Below, piece after piece: positions 1-9,319 of a DNA stretch of 64,000 bases. The first letter of the stretch is position 1. Every line of letters begins with the position of its first letter. The notes below the pieces were generated by a model that was not told where the DNA came from, searched no databases, and was given only the letters and a program-made list of their open reading frames with translations. The stretch comes from Sedimentisphaerales bacterium (GTDB taxonomy: Bacteria; Planctomycetota; Phycisphaerae; Sedimentisphaerales; Anaerobacaceae): the NCBI GenBank assembly GCA_040772485.1, contig JAXGYC010000008.1, positions 575,891 through 639,890 on the forward strand, in the 5' to 3' direction. The position numbers were made by a program, and so were the translations under genes.

Positions 1-2630
1 CAGATGACCATGTGCCGCCGGGCGTGCCGGCGGGCGTACTGCCGGACGCGGCGCATCATATCACGCCAGTGGACGTGGTCCCGATCGCGGTCGTCCATGA
101 TCTCGACTTGGCCGAAGTGGATCGCCTCGACGCCGATGTCGATATATCGCTGGCAGAGGTAGGTGAACCACATCCGCGTTTCCAACTGGCTCATGTCCGG
201 CACGGATGACCCGCGCCGCCACTGGTCGACTCGGTGCCCATCCGGATAGAGCATGGCCTCATAGCGGAAGTTGCGCTGCTGCGGTTCGAGGCCGAACTCT
301 TCGAAGAGAGCGGCCGGAATGGGAATCCGGTTGACCTGCTCGCTGACGATCTCGAACGCGGCTGCCTGGAGGATGATGTTCGGATCGATCTTGTGCATCC
401 GCTCGGCGATGGGCCTGGCCGTGGCGAGCAGGTTCTCCAGGTCGGCTTCCCCACCCCAGCGATAGATGGCCCGGCCGATGAACTTGGCGCCGATGCTCTT
501 AAGCATACGAAGGTTGTCGTCCACATGGCCCTGGCCGTGCAGGACTTCGCTCATGGTGATCGCGCGCGACAGGTAGTTCTCCAGCACAGCGCGGGAGATC
601 GCACCGTCGAAGTGGTAGTTCCGCCTGCCGCCGATGTACTTCGCGGGGCTGGCAGCCGACGGCAGCTCCGGCGTGATGGCGAAGGTGTCCTCCGCCAGAT
701 CGATCGTGACGGTGGTGCCGTCGGCGAAGGTCGTGCGCTGCTTGCGGCGGGACTCGTCGAGGAACTCGTGCTTCGTCATCTCCAGAAGTCCGACGCGCTT
801 GTGCAGAGCGCACATGGTGCGAACCTGCTCCAGCTCCGCCTCGCCCGGATCGAGCGACAGATAGGGAAGACCCGCGTTCGCCAGACCGTGCAGATAGCCC
901 AGATCGGTCTCGGGAATACCCCACGCGCCCTTGCTCAGCGACCAGGGCATCAGCAGCGCATCGTGATAGACGAGGTTGAACAGCGGGATGGGGACACCCA
1001 TGGCCGGACCCTCGCCCGGACCCGGCGTCAGGGCGTACGGCCCGTGGTGAACCAGATCGAGGTGCGGAATCGCCCAGTCGGCCGGCTCTTCGGAACTGAC
1101 CACGCCCCCAGTCGAGCGGATGAAGTCGAAGCACATCCCTCGATACGTCAGGCAGTCGGTGCGCGTCGCCGGATGCTCCGGGCTGTAGCACTCGTCGGGA
1201 GGCACCACCGCGAAGACGTCCAAATAGGCGCCCCGCACCTTGATGCCGTGATCCAGCAGGGCGCTGTAGTTCTTCTGCACGTGTCCGGGCGCCAGTCGCG
1301 GGCAGAGAATGGACTGCCGGCCGCCGTACCACAGGCCGTACAGGGGCCGCTCGCCGCTGCGGTCGACGATGGTGTGCCGCGCATCGTACGATTTCGCGTC
1401 GCAGTAGTAGTCCCGGTACTGATCGTGGATCGCGAACACATAGTTCAGGTCTTCGCACGTCTGCGCCAGCCGCTTCATCCCATCCCAGCCTCCTGCCTCC
1501 AGGCTCGGTGGCAGCACATCGGGGTGCAGATTGTCGTAGCCACGGAAGCCCCATCCGTCGAGATGAACGTACGCGCGCGGCACGCCCTTGCCGGCCACAC
1601 CACGCAGGTACGCGGCCATCTGGTCGAACGTCGTCAGGATGTGGTTCTTGGAGGGATCGTCCTTGTTGTAGTATTGCGACTCGGGCTGGATATGAACCAG
1701 GATGCCCGCGTGGATGACGGGGCCGCCGATGAGTTTGGCCACGAGCGGCGTGCGCGCGATCTTCTCCTGGAGTGAGACGAAGTGGCCGGTCTGGCGGACA
1801 TACGTGCGGTAACGCTTGGCCATGTCCACGTAGTTGCCCTTGTCGAAGAGACACAGGCGGACGCGTCGCGGGTAGCGGAACCGGCCGAGGGAGTGGACCC
1901 ATCGCAGTTGCATCCGGGTCGGCCCGCCCGCCGGATGATCGAAGTGGCAGCCGCCATCATCGGGTGTCTCCAGCACCACGAGCAGGGCCGAGTCGGCCTG
2001 CTGATGTCCCCACCACGGCATGTACAGACCGCGCCCGTAGCTCAACGTGTCATACAGATAGACCTTCTGGGGCCAGTCCTTGGGCAGGAGCATCCCCTGC
2101 ATGAACGGAACGATCGTCGTATCGAATGAGCTGTCGGCCAGCGCCGGCGGCCAGAGGCACTCCATCACCTGACACCGGCTCTCGTCGGCAATCACTTCGC
2201 AGACGAGGTCTTCCTGCGAACCCTCCAAACAGGCAGACAGCGCGATCGAAAGGTCGATCTCCGTCCCTTCGTGAGCGAAACCGCTTAGCGCGATCTTGAC
2301 GCCGGTCTTGAATCCGGTCTGGTAGGGCGACACTTCCCTTCTCTTCGCATCGGCCAGGCGGAGCGTATACGTCTTTCCATCGGCTTCGACAATCAGATCG
2401 CCTGCGGCCGACGGGACGGTGGACCAGGTGCGACCGCCGGCGCCGAGGGTCATTTGCAGATCGGACGGATTGACCTCGACGCGGCTCCTGCGGCCTTGCA
2501 CGACCCACCGGCCCTCTTCCTGCCGGACCGCAACCGCAGGCGCACCGTAATCGTCCTGCGTCGCTTCAACGGCCCAAGCCAGGGACACGAAAGACAGGAC
2601 CAGACTGAGAATCAGACAGGATGGCTTCAT
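1..2630 (-). CDS. Secreted DUF5696/GH129(GH101-like) glycoside hydrolase fused to a second uncharacterised domain; 3' end runs off the window
   Basis: Not in the ORF track because it has no stop in the window. Manual translation from ATG 2630: signal peptide MKPSCLILSLVLSFVSLAWA, then GRGLYMPWWG, HLDGWGFRGYDNLHPD, FAIHDQYRDYY, GAYLDVF and VSSEE. A second domain starts near RNYHFDGAISRAVLENYLSRAITM. Confidence 0.75.
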   Translation of the reverse strand, partial: MKPSCLILSLVLSFVSLAWAVEATQDDYGAPAVAVRQEEGRWVVQGRRSRVEVNPSDLQMTLGAGGRTWSTVPSAAGDLIVEADGKTYTLRLADAKRREVSPYQTGFKTGVKIALSGFAHEGTEIDLSIALSACLEGSQEDLVCEVIADESRCQVMECLWPPALADSSFDTTIVPFMQGMLLPKDWPQKVYLYDTLSYGRGLYMPWWGHQQADSALLVVLETPDDGGCHFDHPAGGPTRMQLRWVHSLGRFRYPRRVRLCLFDKGNYVDMAKRYRTYVRQTGHFVSLQEKIARTPLVAKLIGGPVIHAGILVHIQPESQYYNKDDPSKNHILTTFDQMAAYLRGVAGKGVPRAYVHLDGWGFRGYDNLHPDVLPPSLEAGGWDGMKRLAQTCEDLNYVFAIHDQYRDYYCDAKSYDARHTIVDRSGERPLYGLWYGGRQSILCPRLAPGHVQKNYSALLDHGIKVRGAYLDVFAVVPPDECYSPEHPATRTDCLTYRGMCFDFIRSTGGVVSSEEPADWAIPHLDLVHHGPYALTPGPGEGPAMGVPIPLFNLVYHDALLMPWSLSKGAWGIPETDLGYLHGLANAGLPYLSLDPGEAELEQVRTMCALHKRVGLLEMTKHEFLDESRRKQRTTFADGTTVTIDLAEDTFAITPELPSAASPAKYIGGRRNYHFDGAISRAVLENYLSRAITMSEVLHGQGHVDDNLRMLKSIGAKFIGRAIYRWGGEADLENLLATARPIAERMHKIDPNIILQAAAFEIVSEQVNRIPIPAALFEEFGLEPQQRNFRYEAMLYPDGHRVDQWRRGSSVPDMSQLETRMWFTYLCQRYIDIGVEAIHFGQVEIMDDRDRDHVHWRDMMRRVRQYARRHARRHMVI

Positions 2631-2669
2631 AAGCGGAACCTCCGAAAGCAATCGCGTTGCAGGATTGGT

Positions 2670-3824
2670 CTATCGATGGCGCGCAAGTTGCGCGACGGCG
2701 CGTTTCATGCGGTCGAGGCCTTCGCGCAGGGTTTTCTCCGGACATCCGAAATTCAGCCGGACGTAGCCGGGCCCCAGGAAGTCCGCGCCGTCCGAGAGTC
2801 CCACGCCCGCCTGCTCGAAGAACTTCGCCGGCTCGGACAAACCCAGTTCCGTGGTATCGATCCACGCCAGGTACGTCGCCTGGACCTGATCCATCGACAG
2901 CCCCGGAATCTCCTCGTTGACGGCCCGGTATACGAGACGGCTGTTGCGGCGGAGAACCTCGATCAGAGCCGCCCTCCACAGCTCGCCGTCGCGGTAGGCG
3001 GCCAGACAGGCGGCGTAACCCAGGGCGTTGGTGCCAGGGACGATTCCCTCGCGGGCCTTCTTGAAGGGCTTTCGCAGTTCCACGTTCGGGATGATCGCGA
3101 AGGCACAGTTGAGTCCCGGGATGTTGAACGTCTTGCTCGGGGCCATCAGGGTGATCGTGCGAGCGGCGATCTCCTCGCTGAGTGTGGCGATGGGCACGTG
3201 CCGGCCGCCGTCGAGGACGAGGTCGCAATGAATCTCGTCCGAGCAGATGATCACGTTGCGGCGCAGGCAGATCTCGGCGACGCCGCGCAGTTCGTCCGGC
3301 TCGTACCGCCGGCCGACGGGGTTGTGCGGATTGCACAGCAGCAGGACCCTGGACCGATTCGACAGCTCGCGCTCGAACCGTTCGAGGTCGAAGGTCCAGC
3401 GGTCGCCCTCCCGCCGCAACGGGACCACCTTCATTTCGCGGTGCACGTGCCCCGGCGCCGCGAGAAAAGGCGGATACGCCGGCGTGAAGGTCAGCACCTC
3501 GTCGCCGTCGTCGCCATAGGCCCGGCTCGCCAGGTTCAGCGCCGGCACCAGCCCCGGCAGCCACACGATCCACGAAGGCTCGATCCTCCATCGATATCGC
3601 CGCTCCACCCGCTCGACCACCGCCTCGGCCAGCCCCTCCGGCGGCACCGCGTAGCCGAACACCCCATGCTCGACCCGCGCGTGCAGCGCCTCCAGCACGC
3701 ACGCCGGCGCGCGAAAGTCCATATCCGCCACCCACATCGGGATGATGTCCCGCCCGTGGTAGCGGCACCACTTGAGGCTGTCGGTGTTCCGCCGGTCGGG
3801 CACGGTCTCGAAATCAAAGCTCAT
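2670..3824 (-). CDS. patB: PLP-dependent C-S lyase (cystathionine beta-lyase, PatB/MalY family)
   Basis: IPMWVADMDF, LCNPHNPVGR, SDEIHCD, APSKTFNIPGL and RLNFGCP motifs; AGGAGA RBS before ATG 3824. Confidence 0.9.
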   Translation of the reverse strand: MSFDFETVPDRRNTDSLKWCRYHGRDIIPMWVADMDFRAPACVLEALHARVEHGVFGYAVPPEGLAEAVVERVERRYRWRIEPSWIVWLPGLVPALNLASRAYGDDGDEVLTFTPAYPPFLAAPGHVHREMKVVPLRREGDRWTFDLERFERELSNRSRVLLLCNPHNPVGRRYEPDELRGVAEICLRRNVIICSDEIHCDLVLDGGRHVPIATLSEEIAARTITLMAPSKTFNIPGLNCAFAIIPNVELRKPFKKAREGIVPGTNALGYAACLAAYRDGELWRAALIEVLRRNSRLVYRAVNEEIPGLSMDQVQATYLAWIDTTELGLSEPAKFFEQAGVGLSDGADFLGPGYVRLNFGCPEKTLREGLDRMKRAVAQLARHR

Positions 3825-3968
3825 GTCGATGGATTCTCCTTCTCTGGGCGACGGCGTCACGGATGGCCGCGACGACAGCCCGATCTCGCCGCATCCTACC
3901 ACTTTCGATCGCGATAGACCATGCCCATTTGGCCGGCAGGCCTGTGCTGTGTGAGAAGGAAGTGCACG

Positions 3969-6125
3969 TCAGCGGATGACGCCGAGGTAGCGGCCCATCC
4001 AGTAGGGCAACAGGTAGATGTCTCCGCTGAATTCACGCCGGCCGCCCTCGCCGCCGTCCAGGCGAAAGGCGTTGCCGTTGTACTTGCTCATCGGCCGTTC
4101 GTCGCCCGGCAGGACTTCGGCCGTGGACTGCTCCCGGAAATTCGGTTCCAGGAACGCGAGGTCCCGCCGGTCGCTGTTGCGGATGTCCCAGCCAATCGTA
4201 TCGAGAGGGAACTGCCGCAGGCTCCAGATCGACTCGGCCAGGTCGAACTGCTCGGCCCCCGTGTCGGCGTAGATGAAGTTCCACAGCGGGTTCTTCTCGG
4301 GCCGTTCGATCTGCCAGTGTTCTTTGATGGTCCGGCGATACTGCTCGCGAAGATCCTCGTTGAAGGCGTAGCGGTAGAGATTCCAGTAGCTCAGGAAGGC
4401 CAGTTCATCGTCGGAGTGGTTCCATTCCGTCGTCAGATCGATCCCGGGCACGCGGCCGATCTCCGAGATCGGGATCATGATGTTGTCGAGGTAGCCGTGC
4501 TTCTCGAACAGCTCGAAGGCCTTCTGCCGGTAGATGTCCCTGCCCGTGAAATGCCAAGCGGTTTGGAGGAACGCGATGATCTCGACCGAGTTCAGCCGGC
4601 GGTCGCCCACCTGACGAGGGAACTGATTGACGTATTCCGGGTGCCAGCGACCCCACTGCGTGGACTTGCCGTCGTAGTCCACCAGGTACCAGTCGTTCCG
4701 CACGATGTGGTCCATGATGGCGTCGATCAGCGCGACGGCCCGGTCGCGCCAGGCCTGGTCCGGGACGATCTCGGCGAAGATCGCGTACACGAAGAAATGC
4801 CCGACGATCTCGTCGCTGCTGGTGGTCGCCTTCCAGACCCAATGTGCGTCCGCCGCCGGTTGCCAGCGCGGCTTGTCGGCCACCTGATAGCCGGCGCGGT
4901 CGAAGGAGCGGGCGGGAAAGCCCTCCATCGGCGTGATCTCGGTGAGCCGTTCCATGGCTTCGAAGGACTCATAGCAGTTGCGCAGCGCCTCATCCGATCG
5001 GGTGACGGCGTAGCGGAACAGCTCGCCCGCCAGGTACATCGACGTCCAGAGCCCGTCGTTGTCCTGGTCGATCAGCGTCCCGGTGGACAGGTCGCCCGGC
5101 TCCGTCATGACGAACGCGCTGTTGAAGCCGTAACGGATGTGCCGCCGGCGCGTGAGCTTGTCGAAGTGCTCGGCCTTGTCGGCCAGCGTCATCGGCTCGA
5201 AGTGAATGATGCTCAGGCCGGTCTTCGAGAGGATCAGCACCGAGCCGTCGGGCCCCGGCGCGATGTCGATCACCGCATCGTCCACCAGCCAGCGCTTCGA
5301 CGCATAGTAGTCGGTCGTGCCGTCGCGATTCATGGCAAAGGCGCCTCGCGGCGTCCCGAACCAGGTCTTGGCGCCGATGGGCCGGATGCAGCGGATATCC
5401 ATGCAGGGCACCTTCGTCTCGATGTCCGAGCGCTGCGCGAACGACCTCGGGTCGAGACGCAGGTAGCCGTTTGATGCGCCGATCCACAAATCCTCGTCCG
5501 TCGGGGCAAGGCAGTTCATTTGCCCGTGCCGAAAGACAGCGGCTTGCTCCCTGGCCGATGTCACGCGCCATAACGCGGTCTCTGTGAGCACGAGGAATTG
5601 CTTTCGCACAGGGTCGAAGACGGCTTGTCTGACGCCGCCTTCGGTGGATAGCTCGCGGACCACATCCGGCCCACGAAAGCAGGCGACACGTTCGCTCCCG
5701 GCGACCAGGAAATCGAATGCTGTCCCCATCGCCAATCTCTCGGCATCGCGCATCTTGTGGCTCGCGAGAAATCGGCCCGCCCACGCGTTGCTCAGGACGT
5801 GCTTGTCGGTGAGAAACACGAATTGGCCTTCGTGGACTTCCATGTCCCTGATCTGCATATCCGTCATAGGTCGGTGGAGCCGGTCCGGCTTGAGCCTGCC
5901 TTCGTGGACCTGCAACAGCCCTTTCTCCGAGAGCACAAGGACTCGGCCGTTGCGGTCGGCGCGGACCTTCCGCAGTTGGGCGCCGTGGAGTTCAGACGCC
6001 AGAGGGACTTTCTCGCTGTGGTCCTGGCCGAAGGGCTCGTCGTGATACGTTTTCGCGGCGTCCTTCGCGGCAAGAACCCCCACTGTCACCAGCACACAAC
6101 ACAGAGCCGCCATTGGTGTCTTCAT
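3969..6125 (-). CDS. Secreted hypothetical protein: N-terminal beta-propeller-like region plus C-terminal helical domain (possible glycoside hydrolase)
   Basis: Signal peptide MKTPMAALCCVLVTVGVLA; propeller-like repeats (LWIGASNG, TWFGTPRG); acidic/aromatic motifs DNDGLWTSMY, TTSSDEIVGH and NHSDDELAF. Confidence 0.6.
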   Translation of the reverse strand: MKTPMAALCCVLVTVGVLAAKDAAKTYHDEPFGQDHSEKVPLASELHGAQLRKVRADRNGRVLVLSEKGLLQVHEGRLKPDRLHRPMTDMQIRDMEVHEGQFVFLTDKHVLSNAWAGRFLASHKMRDAERLAMGTAFDFLVAGSERVACFRGPDVVRELSTEGGVRQAVFDPVRKQFLVLTETALWRVTSAREQAAVFRHGQMNCLAPTDEDLWIGASNGYLRLDPRSFAQRSDIETKVPCMDIRCIRPIGAKTWFGTPRGAFAMNRDGTTDYYASKRWLVDDAVIDIAPGPDGSVLILSKTGLSIIHFEPMTLADKAEHFDKLTRRRHIRYGFNSAFVMTEPGDLSTGTLIDQDNDGLWTSMYLAGELFRYAVTRSDEALRNCYESFEAMERLTEITPMEGFPARSFDRAGYQVADKPRWQPAADAHWVWKATTSSDEIVGHFFVYAIFAEIVPDQAWRDRAVALIDAIMDHIVRNDWYLVDYDGKSTQWGRWHPEYVNQFPRQVGDRRLNSVEIIAFLQTAWHFTGRDIYRQKAFELFEKHGYLDNIMIPISEIGRVPGIDLTTEWNHSDDELAFLSYWNLYRYAFNEDLREQYRRTIKEHWQIERPEKNPLWNFIYADTGAEQFDLAESIWSLRQFPLDTIGWDIRNSDRRDLAFLEPNFREQSTAEVLPGDERPMSKYNGNAFRLDGGEGGRREFSGDIYLLPYWMGRYLGVIR

Positions 6126-6166
6126 AACGAGCCTCGCTTGGATTTGTCTTTCCGGATCACACGCCG

Positions 6167-7261
6167 CTATGCAGTCTGCGACAGCAGGTCGTCCATGTTC
6201 AACTCGAGATGAGAGAGGACTTCCATGACCTCTCTTCTCTTCCAGAACCTCCGATAAAGCCCCCACCGGGCCGCCATCCGCTCCAGCTCCAGCAGCACCA
6301 GCCAGCGCCGACGGCTGATGCGGCCCTCACGAATCTGGTGGCTGATCGACGCCACGTAGGGATCGTAGCCGAGCTTGTGCATGTCCAGATGCATCAGGAG
6401 CCAGTTGAGCCGGCAGTTCGTCACGAACAGGCTGGCCTTGCGCTTCTCCAATAGTCCCAGTTCGATCGTCCTTCGCGTCACCTCCTCGGCGCCGGGATAG
6501 TCAATCACGTGGAAGGGCAGCAGCAATCGCGGCAGCGGGCGCCGGTCGGCGAACGCCTCCGGGTCCCAGAACTGGCGGCGATCCTCGTCGTCGAACGGCG
6601 ATTCATACAGGGGCGGCGGCGCCCATTTCTGCTCGTACACCTCGCTGTGCGAAGCCTCGTAGAAGTGATGCTCGATCTGGTCGGGCGAGTAGGCCAGGGC
6701 CACGAAAGGAATCCGGCGCAGGGCCGCCGCCTGCATGACCATGCTGTGAATCGCCTTGCAGCAGACCTGGCAGACCGTGCTGACGTAGCCGACCTCCTCG
6801 TATCTCTTCTTCTCGAAACTCGGGTGCGTCAGATAGTAGCGATAGAGCTTCCTGAAGAACTCCGGCCTCGGCGTGTACAGGAGATGATCGACGTTCAACC
6901 GGGCGGCAACGCGCGCCGCGTTCGGCCTGGCCAGCGAGCTCAGCAGTCCCGTGTCGATCGTCATCGTCAGGACCTTGAGCCCATACTCGTTCTTCAGCAA
7001 GTGGGCCAGATACGTGCTGTCCTTGCCGCCGCTGAGCGGGACCAGGCAGTCGTACTCGGCCCGGCCCCGGGCCTGCTCCAGCGCCCGCTCGAAATCCGCA
7101 CGCAGCGTCTCCTTCCGGGCCATCAGGGAACGTATCTGCGGATCGGCCTCGACCCCGAAGTGCTGCCGGCCAAGACAGTAGCTGCACACGCGGCCTTCGT
7201 CGAACTGGACGCCGGGATAATTCCCGGGCAGCAGGCACCGGACGCATCGTTTCGTGGGCAT
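6167..7261 (-). CDS. PP-loop ATPase (adenine nucleotide alpha-hydrolase), N-acetyl-sugar amidotransferase-like
   Basis: N-terminal CVRC..CSYC, YDCLVPLSGGKDS PP-loop, CQVC and TNC. Confidence 0.7.
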   Translation of the reverse strand: MPTKRCVRCLLPGNYPGVQFDEGRVCSYCLGRQHFGVEADPQIRSLMARKETLRADFERALEQARGRAEYDCLVPLSGGKDSTYLAHLLKNEYGLKVLTMTIDTGLLSSLARPNAARVAARLNVDHLLYTPRPEFFRKLYRYYLTHPSFEKKRYEEVGYVSTVCQVCCKAIHSMVMQAAALRRIPFVALAYSPDQIEHHFYEASHSEVYEQKWAPPPLYESPFDDEDRRQFWDPEAFADRRPLPRLLLPFHVIDYPGAEEVTRRTIELGLLEKRKASLFVTNCRLNWLLMHLDMHKLGYDPYVASISHQIREGRISRRRWLVLLELERMAARWGLYRRFWKRREVMEVLSHLELNMDDLLSQTA

Positions 7262-7452
7262 TGTCCCCGTCTCCTTTTGGCTTTCGGACACAGTGAGGCG
7301 TACAGCGCGAGCCACAACCGGCGGCCATTATAGACCCGGCCGGCCGGCGGTCAACATGGAGACCGCCAACGGCTGTGCGACGGGCCGCGACAAAAAAGGT
7401 TGCCGCCGAGGGCCGGGCCGATAGAATCGTCTGTCGTGACGCGTCGGGCGTT

Positions 7453-7477
7453 ATGCCCTTACGGGCACACTACGAAC
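7453..7477. repeat. Partial REP family 1 unit
   Basis: ATGCCCTTACGGGCACACTACGAAC matches the 3' half of the element at 14931-15034. Confidence 0.7.
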
Positions 7478-7509
7478 GGTGCATCGGGTTCTTTGGAGTT
7501 GGAGTCGAA

Positions 7510-9153
7510 GTGCGAGTCGCTCTGGGCCAATTCAACGCCACCGTCGGCGATCTGTCGGGCAATGTGGAGAAGATGAAGACGATGTGGGCACAGGCCGTCG
7601 AGGCCGGAGCGGACCTGGTGGTCTTCCCCGAACTGGCGATCTGCGGCTACCCTCCCGAAGACCTGGTGTACAAGAGGCAGTTTCTGGAAGACAACTGGAC
7701 CGCAGTCGAAACCCTGGCGGGTGCCTGTCCCCGGAAGACTGTGGTGGCCGGCTTCGTCGAGAGCGTCAACGGCACCGCGTTCAACGCCGCGGTCGTGATC
7801 CAGGAGGGGCGCGTCGCTGAAACCTACCAGAAACGCGAGCTGCCCAATTACGGCGTCTTCGACGAGCGTCGCTACTTCAAGCCCGGTCACCGTCCCGTTC
7901 TCATCGAGATTGGCGGGCTGAGAGTCGCCCTGACCATCTGCGAGGACCTCTGGGAAACCGAGACTCTCCGGCGGTTCTTCACCGACGTCGATCCCTTCGA
8001 TCTGCTGGTCAATGTCTCCGCCTCGCCCTTCCACATGGGCAAGCTCGACGAGCGGGGCCGCATCATCGCACGATGCACGAAAGCCTTTGGCTGCGGCGTG
8101 GCCTACTGCAATCTCATCGGCGGACAGGACGAACTGGTCTTCGACGGCCGGAGCATCCTGGCCGACTCCGCCGGCCGGATCGCCGCCAGGGCCAAGGCCT
8201 TCGACGAGGACCTGCTGATCGCCGACGTCACGCGGTCCGCCGGCACCGTCACCATCGCCCCGGTCCGGCCCCCGCTGACGGGGTCCGAGGAACTGCTGGA
8301 CGAGGTCTACCAGGCCCTCGTCCTGGGCACGCGGGACTACGCGAGAAAGAACGGGTTTCGCAAGGCGCTGCTGGGCATCAGCGGCGGGATCGATTCGGCG
8401 GTCACCGCCGCCATCGCCGTGGCCGCGCTCGGCGCCGAGAACGTGCTGGGCATCACCATGCCCTCGCGGTTTAACAGCCCCGAGACCATCGCCGACTCGG
8501 CCAAGGTGGCCGACAACCTCGGCTTCCAACTGCTGACGATCCCCATCGAGCCGATCCTGACGCCGTTCAACAAGGCGCTCCAGGCGGACCCGACCTGGGA
8601 CGAAAGGGGCCTGGCCTACGAGAACCTCCAGGCGCGGATTCGCGGCACGATCCTGATGTCCCTGAGCAATCAGGCCGGAGCGCTCGTGCTGACCACCGGC
8701 AACAAGAGCGAAACCTCCGTCGGCTACAGCACGCTCTACGGTGACACCGCCGGCGGATTCGCGGTCATCAAGGATGTGCTCAAGACGGTGGTCTATCGCC
8801 TGGCCGCCTACATGAACGAGAAGGCCGGCCGCGAGCTGATTCCGCCCGCCGTCATCACGCGCCCGCCCAGCGCCGAGCTGCGGCCCGATCAGAAGGACGC
8901 CGACTCGTTGCCCGATTACGATCTGCTCGACGAAATCATCAAGGGCTACGTCGAGAAGGACCTGTCCGCCCGCGAACTGGTCGCTTCCGGCCTGCCCGCC
9001 AGGGACGTCGAACGCGTGATCCGGATGATCGACCGCAACGAGTACAAACGCCGCCAGTCCCCGCCCGGCGTCCGCATCACCCCCAAAGCCTTCGGCAAAG
9101 ACCGCCGATTGCCCATCACCAACCGCTACGCCACCACGATCCCCAAGCCCTGA
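7510..9153 (+). CDS. nadE: Glutamine-dependent NAD+ synthetase
   Basis: Nitrilase-type domain (FPEL, YQKRELPNYGVFDE, ICEDLW) plus SGGIDS, ENLQARIRG, TGNKSE and PSAEL; GTG start after GGAG. Confidence 0.95.
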   Translation: MRVALGQFNATVGDLSGNVEKMKTMWAQAVEAGADLVVFPELAICGYPPEDLVYKRQFLEDNWTAVETLAGACPRKTVVAGFVESVNGTAFNAAVVIQEGRVAETYQKRELPNYGVFDERRYFKPGHRPVLIEIGGLRVALTICEDLWETETLRRFFTDVDPFDLLVNVSASPFHMGKLDERGRIIARCTKAFGCGVAYCNLIGGQDELVFDGRSILADSAGRIAARAKAFDEDLLIADVTRSAGTVTIAPVRPPLTGSEELLDEVYQALVLGTRDYARKNGFRKALLGISGGIDSAVTAAIAVAALGAENVLGITMPSRFNSPETIADSAKVADNLGFQLLTIPIEPILTPFNKALQADPTWDERGLAYENLQARIRGTILMSLSNQAGALVLTTGNKSETSVGYSTLYGDTAGGFAVIKDVLKTVVYRLAAYMNEKAGRELIPPAVITRPPSAELRPDQKDADSLPDYDLLDEIIKGYVEKDLSARELVASGLPARDVERVIRMIDRNEYKRRQSPPGVRITPKAFGKDRRLPITNRYATTIPKP

Positions 9154-9319
9154 CGCGCGTTTTCAGCGCACGCGCCGACGGCGGCTCGTGGCCGGCCAGA
9201 CAATACTGGAGAAAAGACCCGCGCGGTGCCGATATAAACACAGGTTGAACAAGAGCCCGGAGGGTGTGCGCTTCCGTGGCGTTGGATTTTATAGGACCCG
9301 TTGAAGGGGGTGCGGTACG

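Noticed and set aside
7375..7509. N-terminal extensions in the ORF track (nadE; also murF, gyrB, aqpZ, ECF sigma, activase, HNH-AP2)
   Set aside because: Downstream starts fit RBS position and family N-termini better, and some extensions run through REP or promoter DNA.
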